Source: Patescibacteria group bacterium
GTDB lineage: Bacteria > Patescibacteriota > Microgenomatia > UBA8517
Direction: 5' to 3'
DNA length: 64,000 nucleotides
NCBI GenBank assembly: GCA_035291665.1
Contig: DATDRP010000003.1
Span: 212,549-276,548 of the forward strand
Shown: in pieces, positions 30,170 to 40,497 of the stretch
Numbering within the stretch: position 1 is the stretch's first letter
Layout: every line of letters starts with the position of its first letter
Notes under the pieces: generated by a model
Database searches by the model: none
What the model saw: only the letters and a program-made list of their open reading frames with translations
What the model was told of the DNA's origin: nothing
Program-made: the position numbers and the translations under genes

Positions 30170-30568
30170 ATGACTAACAGGGTGGTCCACTTCGAAATAC
30201 AAGCAGATAATCCCAAACGTGCTATAAAGTTTTACGAATATGTTTTTGGTTGGGAATTTCCATTATGGATGAAAAAACCGCTTTATTACGGAGTCATGAC
30301 AGCTTCAGTGGAAAGCAAAACCCAAGGCATTAACGGCGGACTTTTGAAACGACCCGCAAAAACTTCTCCAGCCAGGTACGGGACCAATGCGTTCGTCTGC
30401 ACAATACAAGTTGCGGACTTTGATAAAACCGCAAAAAAAATCCTCAAAATGGGGGGAAGGGTTGCTCTTCCTAAGCACGCAATCGCCGGGATTGCCTGGC
30501 AGGGATACTTTTTGGATACTGAAGGAAACACCTTTGGGATTCACCAACCGGATACGGATGCGAAATAA
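30170..30568 (+). CDS. VOC/glyoxalase family protein
   Basis: VHFEIQADNPKRAIKFYEYVFGWEF ... FLDTEGNTFGIHQ is typical of glyoxalase/bleomycin-resistance fold proteins. Confidence 0.6.
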   Translation: MTNRVVHFEIQADNPKRAIKFYEYVFGWEFPLWMKKPLYYGVMTASVESKTQGINGGLLKRPAKTSPARYGTNAFVCTIQVADFDKTAKKILKMGGRVALPKHAIAGIAWQGYFLDTEGNTFGIHQPDTDAK

Positions 30569-30623
30569 TCAATATGCATAAGATTGATATAAAAGGGCTT
30601 GAAAAGGCCTATTCAGGAAGGGC

Positions 30624-30806
30624 GTGAAACCTTTTACCCCGGAAGCCAAATACCAAAGAGTGAATATGATTCCCCCCCGAAATGTAAGATCAAGTGCAAA
30701 TGAAAATCAACCGTGTCCACAATGCGGATTTCCGATCGGGGTTATTGCCGGAAGTAAAAACGCAATCTGTAATAACTGCGGATTCAAAGATCCCTGCTGT
30801 GAATAG
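30624..30806 (+). CDS. small zinc-ribbon protein
   Basis: CPQCG...CNNCG in 60 aa. Confidence 0.3.
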   Translation: MKPFTPEAKYQRVNMIPPRNVRSSANENQPCPQCGFPIGVIAGSKNAICNNCGFKDPCCE

Positions 30807-30877
30807 TCCTACACTTTGCCGCTCCTTTCAATGGAGAAGTCAAACCAATCGCTTCAAAAAATCGATATAATCTGGTT

Positions 30878-32209
30878 ATGGTAAAGCATTCGCCGATTAT
30901 TATTGTTTTTATTCTTGCCTTGATTTTACGCTTTGTATTATCCCCCACAGTCTTCCATGTTGATATTTTCAGTAACGCCGGCTGGGGAGAATGGATACAC
31001 GATAACGGTCCATTGGGCTTTTATCAAAATTCGAAATGGATATATTCATGGCCTACACAGCCACCACTTGTCAATCTTACTTACGGGTTTTCAAAAGAAG
31101 TATATGTACAAATACTTGAAATATTAAGGCAATCCGCAAATATAATCGTCAAATATCATCTCGCCCCCGGACACATGATATGGTGGTTTAATTTTGTTAT
31201 TTGGTTTGATAATCCGGTAAGTACGGAAATCTGGTATCCGTTGGGGTATCTTGTTTCAATAAAAGCATTTGCTATTATTGCGGACATTCTCATCGCAGGA
31301 GTAATCTATTGGTTTGCTAAAAAACAAAATCGCAGTCCGTTTCTTTGGACATCAGTCTATCTTTTCATGCCTTTCAGCTGGTATATATCGGGTTTGTGGG
31401 GCCAATACGATCAATTGGCATATCTTTTCGTATTAGCTTCTTTCATCGGCCTTGTCAGATTTCCGATTATCTCCCCCCTTCTTTTGGCACTTAGTATCTC
31501 CCTAAAGCCAACTTCGGCCATTTTTATACCTTTATTTATTTGGTTTTATTGGAAAAGAAGACCCGGTATATTGACATTTGTTGTGGGAATTGTGTCCGCC
31601 ATCCTGGTAACCTATTTCACCTTGACTGCGTTCACAACTGACAATGTGTTTGTGTTTATCAAGGAAGTTCTTATTCCAAAAATAATCTTTAAATCCGATT
31701 TCCGGGCAACAACAGGTGCATACAATTTATGGTATTTTATCTTCGGAGAAACTCCGACAAGTCACGATAAAAGTGTTTTATTTGTTCCTGCAAAAGTTTG
31801 GGGACTATTATTATATGCATTTATAAACGTCAAGACATTCTTACTGGTAAAAAAGCCCGACTACAAAAACATTTTGGCGGCGATGTTCGTGGTCGGAGCC
31901 GGAAGTTTTATTTCCTTGACAAACCAGCTTGAAAGATATTACTTTGCGGGGGTAGTAAGCGGACTTTTTGTTGTGATTGCGTATCCCAAACTATTCAAAT
32001 ATTGGATCCTTTTGGCAATTATATTTTGTCTAAATCTTTACAAATCCTGGCAGTATCCGGATCTACCGTTCCTTAAAAACCTGCTTTTTGAAAACAACTA
32101 TCTTATGGGGAGATTGATTTCGCTTGCAAATGTTATATTGTACTTTAAAATGTCAAAAGCGATACTTAATGATTCCCGGATATCAAAAAGGCTACTTCCT
32201 AAATACTAA
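30878..32209 (+). CDS. GT-C-type polytopic membrane protein (putative glycosyltransferase, DUF2029/PMT-like)
   Basis: About 11 TM helices and an aromatic-rich composition. One of four such genes flanking dnaG-rpoD. Confidence 0.5.
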   Translation: MVKHSPIIIVFILALILRFVLSPTVFHVDIFSNAGWGEWIHDNGPLGFYQNSKWIYSWPTQPPLVNLTYGFSKEVYVQILEILRQSANIIVKYHLAPGHMIWWFNFVIWFDNPVSTEIWYPLGYLVSIKAFAIIADILIAGVIYWFAKKQNRSPFLWTSVYLFMPFSWYISGLWGQYDQLAYLFVLASFIGLVRFPIISPLLLALSISLKPTSAIFIPLFIWFYWKRRPGILTFVVGIVSAILVTYFTLTAFTTDNVFVFIKEVLIPKIIFKSDFRATTGAYNLWYFIFGETPTSHDKSVLFVPAKVWGLLLYAFINVKTFLLVKKPDYKNILAAMFVVGAGSFISLTNQLERYYFAGVVSGLFVVIAYPKLFKYWILLAIIFCLNLYKSWQYPDLPFLKNLLFENNYLMGRLISLANVILYFKMSKAILNDSRISKRLLPKY

Positions 32210-33010
32210 AACCGTATTCCAAAAATAACGTCTTAAAAATGGTAAATTGTCAACAATGAAGTCGTCTATCTTTTTAAGAAAAGTAAACACACCCCCTACC
32301 CTTCCCGAATCTTTCAAAATGTATTTCCAGTACCTGACTTCATTTGGGTTTTTCCTTTCAAATAAAAAATACCATAAAAAAATAAAAAGGGTAGTCAGAT
32401 GAAACTCCCTATGTTCAAATCTGGAAAACTTAAGATTTCGGAAGGATAAAACCAAATCGTAAGTTAGTGGTGTTTCGTAATCGGTCCGCACCTTTTTCGC
32501 TATCGTTCTATAGATATTAATAATCGGGTTATGGGCAAGCGGTTCGATAAATGCAGCCGTTCCTCCGGGCCTTAAAATCCGATAAACTTCAGCCAGCGCT
32601 TTTTTGGGATCAACATGATGCAAAAGGCCATTCCCGAAAACAATATCAAACGATTTGTCGTTGTAAGGAAGCTTATCCGCATTAACTACTCCGGCAAGTA
32701 TCAATCTTGTGAAACCATTGATCTTAGCCAGTTTTTTGACCAGTTTTATCATTTCCGGTGAAATATCTCCCGCCGTAACGCGGGCTTTTTTACTCGCAAA
32801 ATACAGGGAAGCATCCCCCATACCGCAACCAATATCCAGGATCTTTTTCCCGGTAACAGGCGATAACTTGGAATATGCGAACACATTCTCCGAAGATGTT
32901 ACGGATTCAAATGAAGCTTTATAATCAACCTCTTTCGGGATTATTAATTTTGCCCAGCGGTCATGGAAATCCGCTTCATATTGGTATCTTTTTTTTGAAC
33001 TTTTGCTCAT
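32192..33010 (-). CDS. class I SAM-dependent methyltransferase
   Basis: Motif I ILDIGCGMGDAS. Motif post-I. ILRPGG. Confidence 0.75.
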   Translation of the reverse strand: MSKSSKKRYQYEADFHDRWAKLIIPKEVDYKASFESVTSSENVFAYSKLSPVTGKKILDIGCGMGDASLYFASKKARVTAGDISPEMIKLVKKLAKINGFTRLILAGVVNADKLPYNDKSFDIVFGNGLLHHVDPKKALAEVYRILRPGGTAAFIEPLAHNPIINIYRTIAKKVRTDYETPLTYDLVLSFRNLKFSRFEHREFHLTTLFIFLWYFLFERKNPNEVRYWKYILKDSGRVGGVFTFLKKIDDFIVDNLPFLRRYFWNTVLVFRK

Positions 33011-33059
33011 ATTTTTAAGTAGTCTATTCTCTCATAGCCAGGGTTATATTAGAAGCAGC

Positions 33060-33265
33060 TTAAAAGAATTGATCCCCGGAGTCAGATTTGGGGATTTTCT
33101 TGAACATTGATGTGAAACCTCCCCGCCCTCTCGCTATCACTTTCAGGCGGGGTATCCTTTCGGATCCGTCTAAACGAGGTTACATTCTTAATTCAATTCA
33201 TCCCCATCCTTCGGCAATTGCCTTCAGATGGGGTATTCTTGAAATACGTATAAAATAATACGGAC
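33060..33265. repeat. diverged double copy of the hairpin-repeat family
   Basis: Shares ttcttgaa, ttcaattcatcc and catcc...gggg modules. Variable hairpins ccccgccctctcgctatcactttcaggcgggg and catccccatccttcggcaattgccttcagatgggg. Confidence 0.55.
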
Positions 33266-33266
33266 C

Positions 33267-34409
33267 ATGGAAAAACTGTCTAATTTATTCAAAAACAGAA
33301 TTGTATTAATTTTGTTCCTTTTCGTTATCAGCAGGACCTTGCTGACTATATTCGGTGTCGATTCACGAAATTTACCGCAATTTAAGAGTAATCCTTGGTA
33401 CGAATGGAAAAATTCTGATATCCCAGCGCTTGACATATGGAGCGTTTGGGATAGCTCTTGGTATCTGGATATTGCAAGAAACGGCTATAGCCCGGAACCT
33501 AAAACTGACATCCCTAAGTCTTGCTGCGGTCAGGCAAATTACGCATTCTATCCGCTTTATCCGTACAGCATAAGATTCTTGGCAATATTATTTAAGAATC
33601 ATTACCTTATCGGTTTGGCGGTTTCAAACATTTGTCTTTTAATTGCCTCATACTTTCTCCACAAGCTGGTATCAAAGCAATATAGCCGGGGGGTTGCCGA
33701 TGGGACATTAATATTTTTATATCTTTTTCCCACTGCTTTTGTGTTTTCCGGATTTTTTTCAGAATCAATGTTTTTGATGCTATTGATTCTTAGTTTTTAC
33801 TTTGCTGATAAGAACAAGTGGTTCCTGTCGGGGTTCTTTGGATTTTTGATGTCTTTAACCAGGTCGATCGGAGTTTTTGTCTCGATAGCTCTTTTGTGGG
33901 AATATCTCCGGCAAAGAGGATTTAATTATAAAAAATTGGATAAAAACTTCTTCTCATTCTTATTTTATCCCTTGGGTCCGATATTAATGATGTTTATTAT
34001 GTACCGTTTAACCGGCGATTTCCTGGCACACATCCACCTGGAACATTCTTCATGGGGAGTAAATTTTACCAATCCCTTTCAAACACTTTTTTCCACTTTA
34101 TTTATGAAAACCAACATCAGCATTATAAGCCTTTACACTTTTTGGCTGTTTGTGCTTTTGGCATTTAACTTGAAGGCTATAAAATTCAGTTATTTTATCC
34201 TAAGCATGATACTTCTGACTGCTCCACTTACAATCGGAGATGTCGGTATGGTCAGCATGCTTCGCTATTCGATTGTCGTCTTTCCCATCCCGTTGATTTT
34301 GGCATTGAAAATAAAATCAAATCTAATAACAGCCGCTCTGGTACTCATTTTGGCAATACTTCAATTAACTTTTATGGGTTTCTGGAGTAATGGCTTATTT
34401 ATAATCTGA
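33267..34409 (+). CDS. GT-C-type polytopic membrane protein
   Basis: About 10 TM helices. No soluble domain. Confidence 0.45.
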   Translation: MEKLSNLFKNRIVLILFLFVISRTLLTIFGVDSRNLPQFKSNPWYEWKNSDIPALDIWSVWDSSWYLDIARNGYSPEPKTDIPKSCCGQANYAFYPLYPYSIRFLAILFKNHYLIGLAVSNICLLIASYFLHKLVSKQYSRGVADGTLIFLYLFPTAFVFSGFFSESMFLMLLILSFYFADKNKWFLSGFFGFLMSLTRSIGVFVSIALLWEYLRQRGFNYKKLDKNFFSFLFYPLGPILMMFIMYRLTGDFLAHIHLEHSSWGVNFTNPFQTLFSTLFMKTNISIISLYTFWLFVLLAFNLKAIKFSYFILSMILLTAPLTIGDVGMVSMLRYSIVVFPIPLILALKIKSNLITAALVLILAILQLTFMGFWSNGLFII

Positions 34410-35533
34410 AAAAGTAATTTGAAAGTTAAAACGGTAAGTACGATTCCGAATATCCAGTTTGCATTAATCAATCCGGATAGCGGTCCAAAGTATAAAACGG
34501 CTCTAACCAAACTACTGTTCAGAACCGTCCTTGCTCTTAGATAAGAAAAAGCAATCGGAATAACGCTTAAAATAAGATCATGAGACAGAAGATGCGGTAA
34601 AAAGATCATTGTTGAGAGGATTGCCAGGGAATACTTCGTTTCCAAATATTCTTCCGGCTTTGACTTATGAAAAAAATAAAGACTAGTCAAATATAATAAA
34701 ATGTTCACCGCCATATAAACCAAGTTTTTGGTTTCTGATAATCCGAATATTATTTGTTGAAGAGGATACAAACTAAACATCTGATAGAAACGGCTTCCAA
34801 AATCGGCACTTTCGGTCAATCGTAAAAATCCTAAATAATCGGTTAAAAGTCCGGTTCCCCCTATTGAAAAGTTCACAATAAAAGCTAATGAGAGACTTAA
34901 TAAAACTCCTTGAGTAAAAGATTTCTTATTGCTAGAAATCAAAAAGATGTAGGGTAAAAAAATTAACAGCTGTGGCTTTATCGATAGTACTCCCAGTAAA
35001 AGCCCTGCAACAAATGCCTTTTGTTTCTTAATTAAATAGTAAATAGCTGCAAAAATAAAAAGGAAAACAGGTGTCATCTGACCCAAAAAAAGTGCATTTA
35101 TAACCGGCCAGAAAAAAAATAAAGGTATGAGAGTTCCCCACTGTAACCGTGGTTGAATTTCTTTTAGCAGATATAAAGACGCTGTAATTAAAACTAGATT
35201 TATTAATTGAACGATAAAAAAAGAAAAATTAAGCGGGATTCGTGTGAAGGGAAGATATAAATAGGATACAAGCGGAGGATTTCGGAATGGCAATAAGAAT
35301 TTTTTATTTGTTAACCCAGTAAGCGCTTTTTGATATGAAAACTGTGTCTCGGAATCATAAAGTAAGTTACTTTTGCCCGCAGAGATTATTTTTGCTCCCG
35401 TAACAAAACTCACAAGATCGGAGCCTTTTATGAAATTCCCGTCAGTATATGGAAGAAGGATAAAAATTGATATTGATACCGCATAAAATACAAATAAAAG
35501 GAGCTTTAAGGGTCTGAGGAGATTTTTTTTCAT
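34361..35533 (-). CDS. GT-C-type polytopic membrane protein (DUF2029/GT87-like)
   Basis: About 11 TM helices. Confidence 0.45.
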   Translation of the reverse strand: MKKNLLRPLKLLLFVFYAVSISIFILLPYTDGNFIKGSDLVSFVTGAKIISAGKSNLLYDSETQFSYQKALTGLTNKKFLLPFRNPPLVSYLYLPFTRIPLNFSFFIVQLINLVLITASLYLLKEIQPRLQWGTLIPLFFFWPVINALFLGQMTPVFLFIFAAIYYLIKKQKAFVAGLLLGVLSIKPQLLIFLPYIFLISSNKKSFTQGVLLSLSLAFIVNFSIGGTGLLTDYLGFLRLTESADFGSRFYQMFSLYPLQQIIFGLSETKNLVYMAVNILLYLTSLYFFHKSKPEEYLETKYSLAILSTMIFLPHLLSHDLILSVIPIAFSYLRARTVLNSSLVRAVLYFGPLSGLINANWIFGIVLTVLTFKLLFQIINKPLLQKPIKVN

Positions 35534-35580
35534 CCCGGTAATCTACAAATGTCACATTATTAATTTTTCATACTGTTCCC

Positions 35581-36660
35581 TTACTCTAAATAGTCCTGAA
35601 GTTTCTTTCTTCTACTGGGGTGTTTAAGTTTACGAAGAGCTTTGGCCTCGATCTGACGTATTCGTTCACGCGTTACTCCGAATACTTTACCCACTTCTTC
35701 GAGTGTCATCGATTTCGTCCCTTCAAGTCCAAAGCGTAATCTCAAGACTTTCGCCTCTCTGTCGGAGAGGGTTTTCAAAACTTCTTCAAGATGGTCCTTC
35801 AAAAGCTGTTTTGAAGCTGCGTCGACCGGCGATAGCTGACTTTCATCGGGTATGAAGTCACCCAAAAAGCTTTCCTTGTCTTCCCCAACAGGTGCTTCCA
35901 GAGATGTTACTTCCTGGGCTATCTTAAAAATCTCACGTACGCGATCCGGTTCCAACTCGACTTCTTCAGCTATCTCTTCAGCCGTCGGTTCACGGCCTAA
36001 CTCTTGCATCAAACGCCTTGATGTCCGATATAATTTGTTAATCGTTTCAACCATGTGTACCGGTATACGGATCGTTCTCGCCTGATCTGCAATCGCTCTG
36101 GTTATTGCCTGGCGGATCCACCAAGTGGCATAGGTTGAAAACTTGAAGCCCTTTCTCCAATCATATTTCTCAACTGCTCTTATGAGCCCCTGATTTCCCT
36201 CCTGAATAAGATCCAGTAGCGATAAACCCCGACCGATGTATTTTTTTGCAATTGAAACAACCAGCCGGAGATTCGACTCGGTCAATTTATCTTTTGCAAA
36301 CTTATCTCCTTTTTCAAACTTTTTTGCCAGCTCAATCTCGTCTTCAGCTGTCAAAAGATTCACTTTCCCAATTTCCCGGAGATATTGCCTGACGGGGTCG
36401 GTTGATTCAGCTCCACCAAGCTTTGTAAGGATTTCTATTTCGCGTTCAAGTTTCTCTTTTGCTTTTTCTTCACTTTCATCCTCTTCGGCCTCGACCGACT
36501 CAAAAACATCAACCCCTTCTGAGATTAATCTGTCATATAAATCGTCAAGTTCGGAAATGCGATCTTCCGCATCGTTGAAGACATCCAAAATCTCATCCTG
36601 GGTAAGAAATCCCTGCTCGCGGGCGTGTTTAATAAGACTTGTTACTTCATTTCTCAGCAT
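35581..36660 (-). CDS. rpoD: RNA polymerase sigma factor RpoD (sigma-70, short form)
   Basis: Region 2 [18 protein letters not shown]. RpoD box. Region 4 HTH. Acidic N-terminus. Confidence 0.9.
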   Translation of the reverse strand: MLRNEVTSLIKHAREQGFLTQDEILDVFNDAEDRISELDDLYDRLISEGVDVFESVEAEEDESEEKAKEKLEREIEILTKLGGAESTDPVRQYLREIGKVNLLTAEDEIELAKKFEKGDKFAKDKLTESNLRLVVSIAKKYIGRGLSLLDLIQEGNQGLIRAVEKYDWRKGFKFSTYATWWIRQAITRAIADQARTIRIPVHMVETINKLYRTSRRLMQELGREPTAEEIAEEVELEPDRVREIFKIAQEVTSLEAPVGEDKESFLGDFIPDESQLSPVDAASKQLLKDHLEEVLKTLSDREAKVLRLRFGLEGTKSMTLEEVGKVFGVTRERIRQIEAKALRKLKHPSRRKKLQDYLE

Positions 36661-36890
36661 AATGTTGTTTGAGGAAACTTTTTTGTATTATACCTAAAAT
36701 TGGCAGTTTTGTAACTTTTTGGCTACAAAAAATCCCAAAAAAAATCAATTTAAATATGCCTGAAACAACGTAAAAAGTTGTGGTTTATGTAGTATTAAGA
36801 TTTTTTACTACAATGGTTTTCGGCAATACGGAAGAAGTATATATCTATTTAATGCTTACGGCAACCTCAACTATATAGTTTTCAAAAAAC

Positions 36891-38684
36891 TTAACGGTTT
36901 TCAGATTCGAGCCTGCGTTTTTTTTCAATTACCTGACCGAAACGGACTTTCATTTTCCGAAGCATATCTATATTTTTCTCTTTTTGATATTGTTTCATTT
37001 TTACAATGAGATCCGACTGCTGACTTCTTAGATCAATCAGCTCAATCTGGGTTTTGGAATCCTGATATTCTGCCTCGACCTGGACCGGAGTGTAACTGTC
37101 ATAATCAATAGAATATTTGAGGATTATTTCAGAAAACTGAAGTTTAATTTCTTCCGGAAGCCCCTGTACAAATACCTCAAGAGAAAACTTCTTAAGATTT
37201 TTATGGTTATTTATGAAGATACTGATTGCTTTTTTCAATACAGGCTTTGTAATGTATTCAAAAAAATCATTATCAATATACTTTTTCGGGTCCGATAAAA
37301 ATACCAAAGCTGTGAGATTTTCTTCAAGCATTGTGCGCCTATCTTTTTTGGCCTCCCCTCCCGGACCTTTGAGAGTCTCGCGTTTACTTGGTTTAGCTTT
37401 AGTTTTTTCCACCTGAGCAAAAACTGATTCGTATGGGATACCAATCTTCCCGGCAACAATATTGATATATTTTGCTTTTGTTATTTCATCTTCTATAGAT
37501 GAAAGCATCGGTACAAGCTCCCGAGAAATGTCCGAAACCCCCTCGCCTGAGCTCAAATCATACCTCTCAATCGTACTATTGATAATAAAATCATAAACGG
37601 GAACTGCATTTTTAAGCGCTTTTTTTAATGCATCGGGATCCGATCTGGCCATCTCATCAGGGTCCTTATATTTTCCTAATCTTGCGACCCGGATTTTCAT
37701 TCCCTGCACCTGCGCGATTTCAATTCCGCGGCGGGCTGCTTTGTTTCCGGCAAAGTCGGTGTCCAGTGCAAAAACCAGATTTTTCGTAAATCTGGAAATA
37801 AGCCTTACTTGGTTTTCAGTTAAGGCCGACCCTTTAATGGCGACTATGTTTTTTATCCCTTCCTGCCAAGGCGAAATTGTATCTATCTCTCCTTCAACGA
37901 TCACGCAACGATTCTCCTTTTTGATTTCACCTTTGTTAATATCAAGCGCATATAAAATATCCGATTTGTGATAAATGGGGGTTTCCGGAGTATTAATATA
38001 TTTGGCTAAATCGGAACTTGCTCCTGGAAGCGTTCTTCCTGAAAACCCGACAACATTCCCCCGATGGTCCTTCAGCGGAAAAACCACCCTTCCAAAAAAC
38101 CGGTCGAAGACCGTGTTCCCTCTCCGATAGGCAAGGCCGCAAAGTTCAAGATCTTTCGGACTTATTCTTTTTTTCCTGACAAAAAAGGACTCAAAAATTT
38201 TCGGATCGGTAGGAGAGTATCCCAGCTCAAATGTCTCAAGTGTTTTAACTTTCAGACCTCTTTCGGATAAAAGATAATTCAATGCAGCCTTTCCGCTTCG
38301 ATGCTTTGTCAAAAGGTATTGATAATATTTTTTTGCCAGTTCATTTATTTCAAGACAGGTCTTACGCTCCCGGTCGTATGAGGTGTTTCTTGGTTTAAGT
38401 TCAACGCCTACTTTTTCCGCCAGATACTGAAGCGCTTCGGAAAAATCCATCCCTTCGTATTTTTCCAAAAAGCTGATTACATCACCTGACTCGCCGCAGC
38501 CAAAACATTTATATATCCCCAGTTCGGGTGATACCATAAATGAAGGTGTTTTTTCGTTGTGGAATGGACAGTTCGCCTTGAAATTTCGTCCCGCTTTTTT
38601 CAGATCTACACGCTCTCCGATAATCTGAACAATATCGGCTTTTTGCTTTACCTCTTCAACATCATTCCCCATACTTTTGCCCAA
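36891..38684 (-). CDS. dnaG: DNA primase
   Basis: CHC2 zinc finger CPFHNEKTPSF...CFGC. TOPRIM acidic residues (VIVEGEID, LDTDFAG). Confidence 0.9.
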   Translation of the reverse strand: MGKSMGNDVEEVKQKADIVQIIGERVDLKKAGRNFKANCPFHNEKTPSFMVSPELGIYKCFGCGESGDVISFLEKYEGMDFSEALQYLAEKVGVELKPRNTSYDRERKTCLEINELAKKYYQYLLTKHRSGKAALNYLLSERGLKVKTLETFELGYSPTDPKIFESFFVRKKRISPKDLELCGLAYRRGNTVFDRFFGRVVFPLKDHRGNVVGFSGRTLPGASSDLAKYINTPETPIYHKSDILYALDINKGEIKKENRCVIVEGEIDTISPWQEGIKNIVAIKGSALTENQVRLISRFTKNLVFALDTDFAGNKAARRGIEIAQVQGMKIRVARLGKYKDPDEMARSDPDALKKALKNAVPVYDFIINSTIERYDLSSGEGVSDISRELVPMLSSIEDEITKAKYINIVAGKIGIPYESVFAQVEKTKAKPSKRETLKGPGGEAKKDRRTMLEENLTALVFLSDPKKYIDNDFFEYITKPVLKKAISIFINNHKNLKKFSLEVFVQGLPEEIKLQFSEIILKYSIDYDSYTPVQVEAEYQDSKTQIELIDLRSQQSDLIVKMKQYQKEKNIDMLRKMKVRFGQVIEKKRRLESENR

Positions 38685-38721
38685 TTATATACCCCTCCCC
38701 TTTGAAAAGGAGAGTGAAGCA

Positions 38722-40389
38722 CTAGATTCTTTCGAGTCCGGGTTTTTTGTAAATTTGAGCTTCTTTGTCTTCATGCACCAACACCCAGCCTGATTTTTTT
38801 AAGGAGTCAATAAAATTGAACTTTTGTTCATCCGCCTTCACTAACTTTCTCACAACTTTTTCGATGTAATTCAAAGATGTCTCTTCTTCTTTCGGCCATA
38901 AGACAGTATCTATACCGTACTTTTCCGACACTTCGGAAAAATTAAGTTTTCCATCTTTAATTGCATTATAATCATCAAACGCGGAAGACGACTCATGATT
39001 ATTTGGCGGATTAAATCTCCAGCTCGGCATTCTTCCGTCTACAAAAACTCTTTTTTGAGGCAACTGCCAAATAAGATAACCTCCCCAGCCATAGCTGGAA
39101 AATATTTCACCACCGGGTAAATTATTTTTTAATATTGCTACAGCCTCAACCGGATAGTACCCCCCTTCGTCAGTCGGTAGCAATACTCTCCAAACGGAAA
39201 AAATTGATTGGAATAAAAATATGCCAACTGCGATCACTAAAAAATATTTATAGACGACCCAGAAACGGGCTTTTACAAAAGTCTTTTTAGAATAATCTTC
39301 ATACAATTCTCTGATCAAATCGGCTGAAATCGGTAGAGAATATAATACCCAAAAAGGGAAATTTCTGCGGCTGGAAAGTGCAAATAGAAAAATTATAAAA
39401 AATAAAATGAGTTTTTCTATTGCTAAGGATTTTCTTTTCAAAAAGACCGTTATCGAAACAATCGCCAAATAAAAAGCCACCGATAGATCAAAATAAGTAA
39501 GAGACGGAAGCCACTCTGCTATTTTGAAACGTAAGCTTGAATCGGAAATTGAGGAATAGACTTCTTTCACACTCCCTATTCCATATGGGTTTACCAATAT
39601 GACGCCTGTTGAAAGGATCAGAATAAATAAATTTGTTAAATTCTTTTTGTTTAATAGCTTTCGTCCTGATGAAAAATCTCTGACAAATTCAATAAAGATG
39701 GTGTAGTAAAGAACAAATAGTCCAAGTGCGTACCCGCCGTGAAGATTTGCCCACAAAAGAAAGGTGAGAGGTAGAAAATATTTATACTTCTCAAAGATCG
39801 CTTTTGAAGACGTCAGATATAAAACTCCCGAAAACATGAGCCATGTCGCAATCTGGGCCCGGATTGAAAAGAATGGAAGTAATATTGCCAATGCCAAAAT
39901 AACTAACGGGTGTCCGAAAAGCCACAATCCGGAAGTCGGACGAATTGAAAATTTTCTCAACCGAAGCGGATTCCCGGTTCTGAAAGCGATAATTATAGCT
40001 GCAACGAGAGCTGTTACCGTAACAACTGTAAGAAGTGTTTTTCCAAAAACCGGGTAGGTTAAGCCGATAAAAAGACTTACAAGCCAAGCATGATCAACAA
40101 ACGGATAGCTTGGCATGGTATATGAAAAAGGATCCGTAAAAGTGAAGCCGTTATTTAATATATACTGTCCGTTTCGCAACCTCCAGCCAAAATCCGGATC
40201 CAAAAATATTTGAGCCTTGGTAACAAAAGTCAGAACAATAAAAATTACAAAAAGAAAGTATATCGGTTTTTGATATTTTACAAAAAAACTCACCAACGAC
40301 TCATTGAATCTGGTGATTTCTTTCCCTACCGAAGAGTTGACCGAAAATATTTTCCCGATAATTCTGGGTATGGAATACATAAGTTTCAT
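38722..40389 (-). CDS. GT-C-type polytopic membrane protein
   Basis: More than 10 TM helices plus a C-terminal soluble domain. Confidence 0.45.
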   Translation of the reverse strand: MKLMYSIPRIIGKIFSVNSSVGKEITRFNESLVSFFVKYQKPIYFLFVIFIVLTFVTKAQIFLDPDFGWRLRNGQYILNNGFTFTDPFSYTMPSYPFVDHAWLVSLFIGLTYPVFGKTLLTVVTVTALVAAIIIAFRTGNPLRLRKFSIRPTSGLWLFGHPLVILALAILLPFFSIRAQIATWLMFSGVLYLTSSKAIFEKYKYFLPLTFLLWANLHGGYALGLFVLYYTIFIEFVRDFSSGRKLLNKKNLTNLFILILSTGVILVNPYGIGSVKEVYSSISDSSLRFKIAEWLPSLTYFDLSVAFYLAIVSITVFLKRKSLAIEKLILFFIIFLFALSSRRNFPFWVLYSLPISADLIRELYEDYSKKTFVKARFWVVYKYFLVIAVGIFLFQSIFSVWRVLLPTDEGGYYPVEAVAILKNNLPGGEIFSSYGWGGYLIWQLPQKRVFVDGRMPSWRFNPPNNHESSSAFDDYNAIKDGKLNFSEVSEKYGIDTVLWPKEEETSLNYIEKVVRKLVKADEQKFNFIDSLKKSGWVLVHEDKEAQIYKKPGLERI

Positions 40390-40497
40390 TTTACTATGGA
40401 TTTAATGATGCCCCAAATTGTGATATATATTCAATTTCATACCCCAACCTGCACTCAGCGGTGGAATATTTCTCTTCACAACAGGTAAAATACAATA

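Noticed and set aside
36236-36697. 153-aa Ser-rich plus-strand ORF
   Set aside because: Antisense to rpoD, whose identity is unambiguous.
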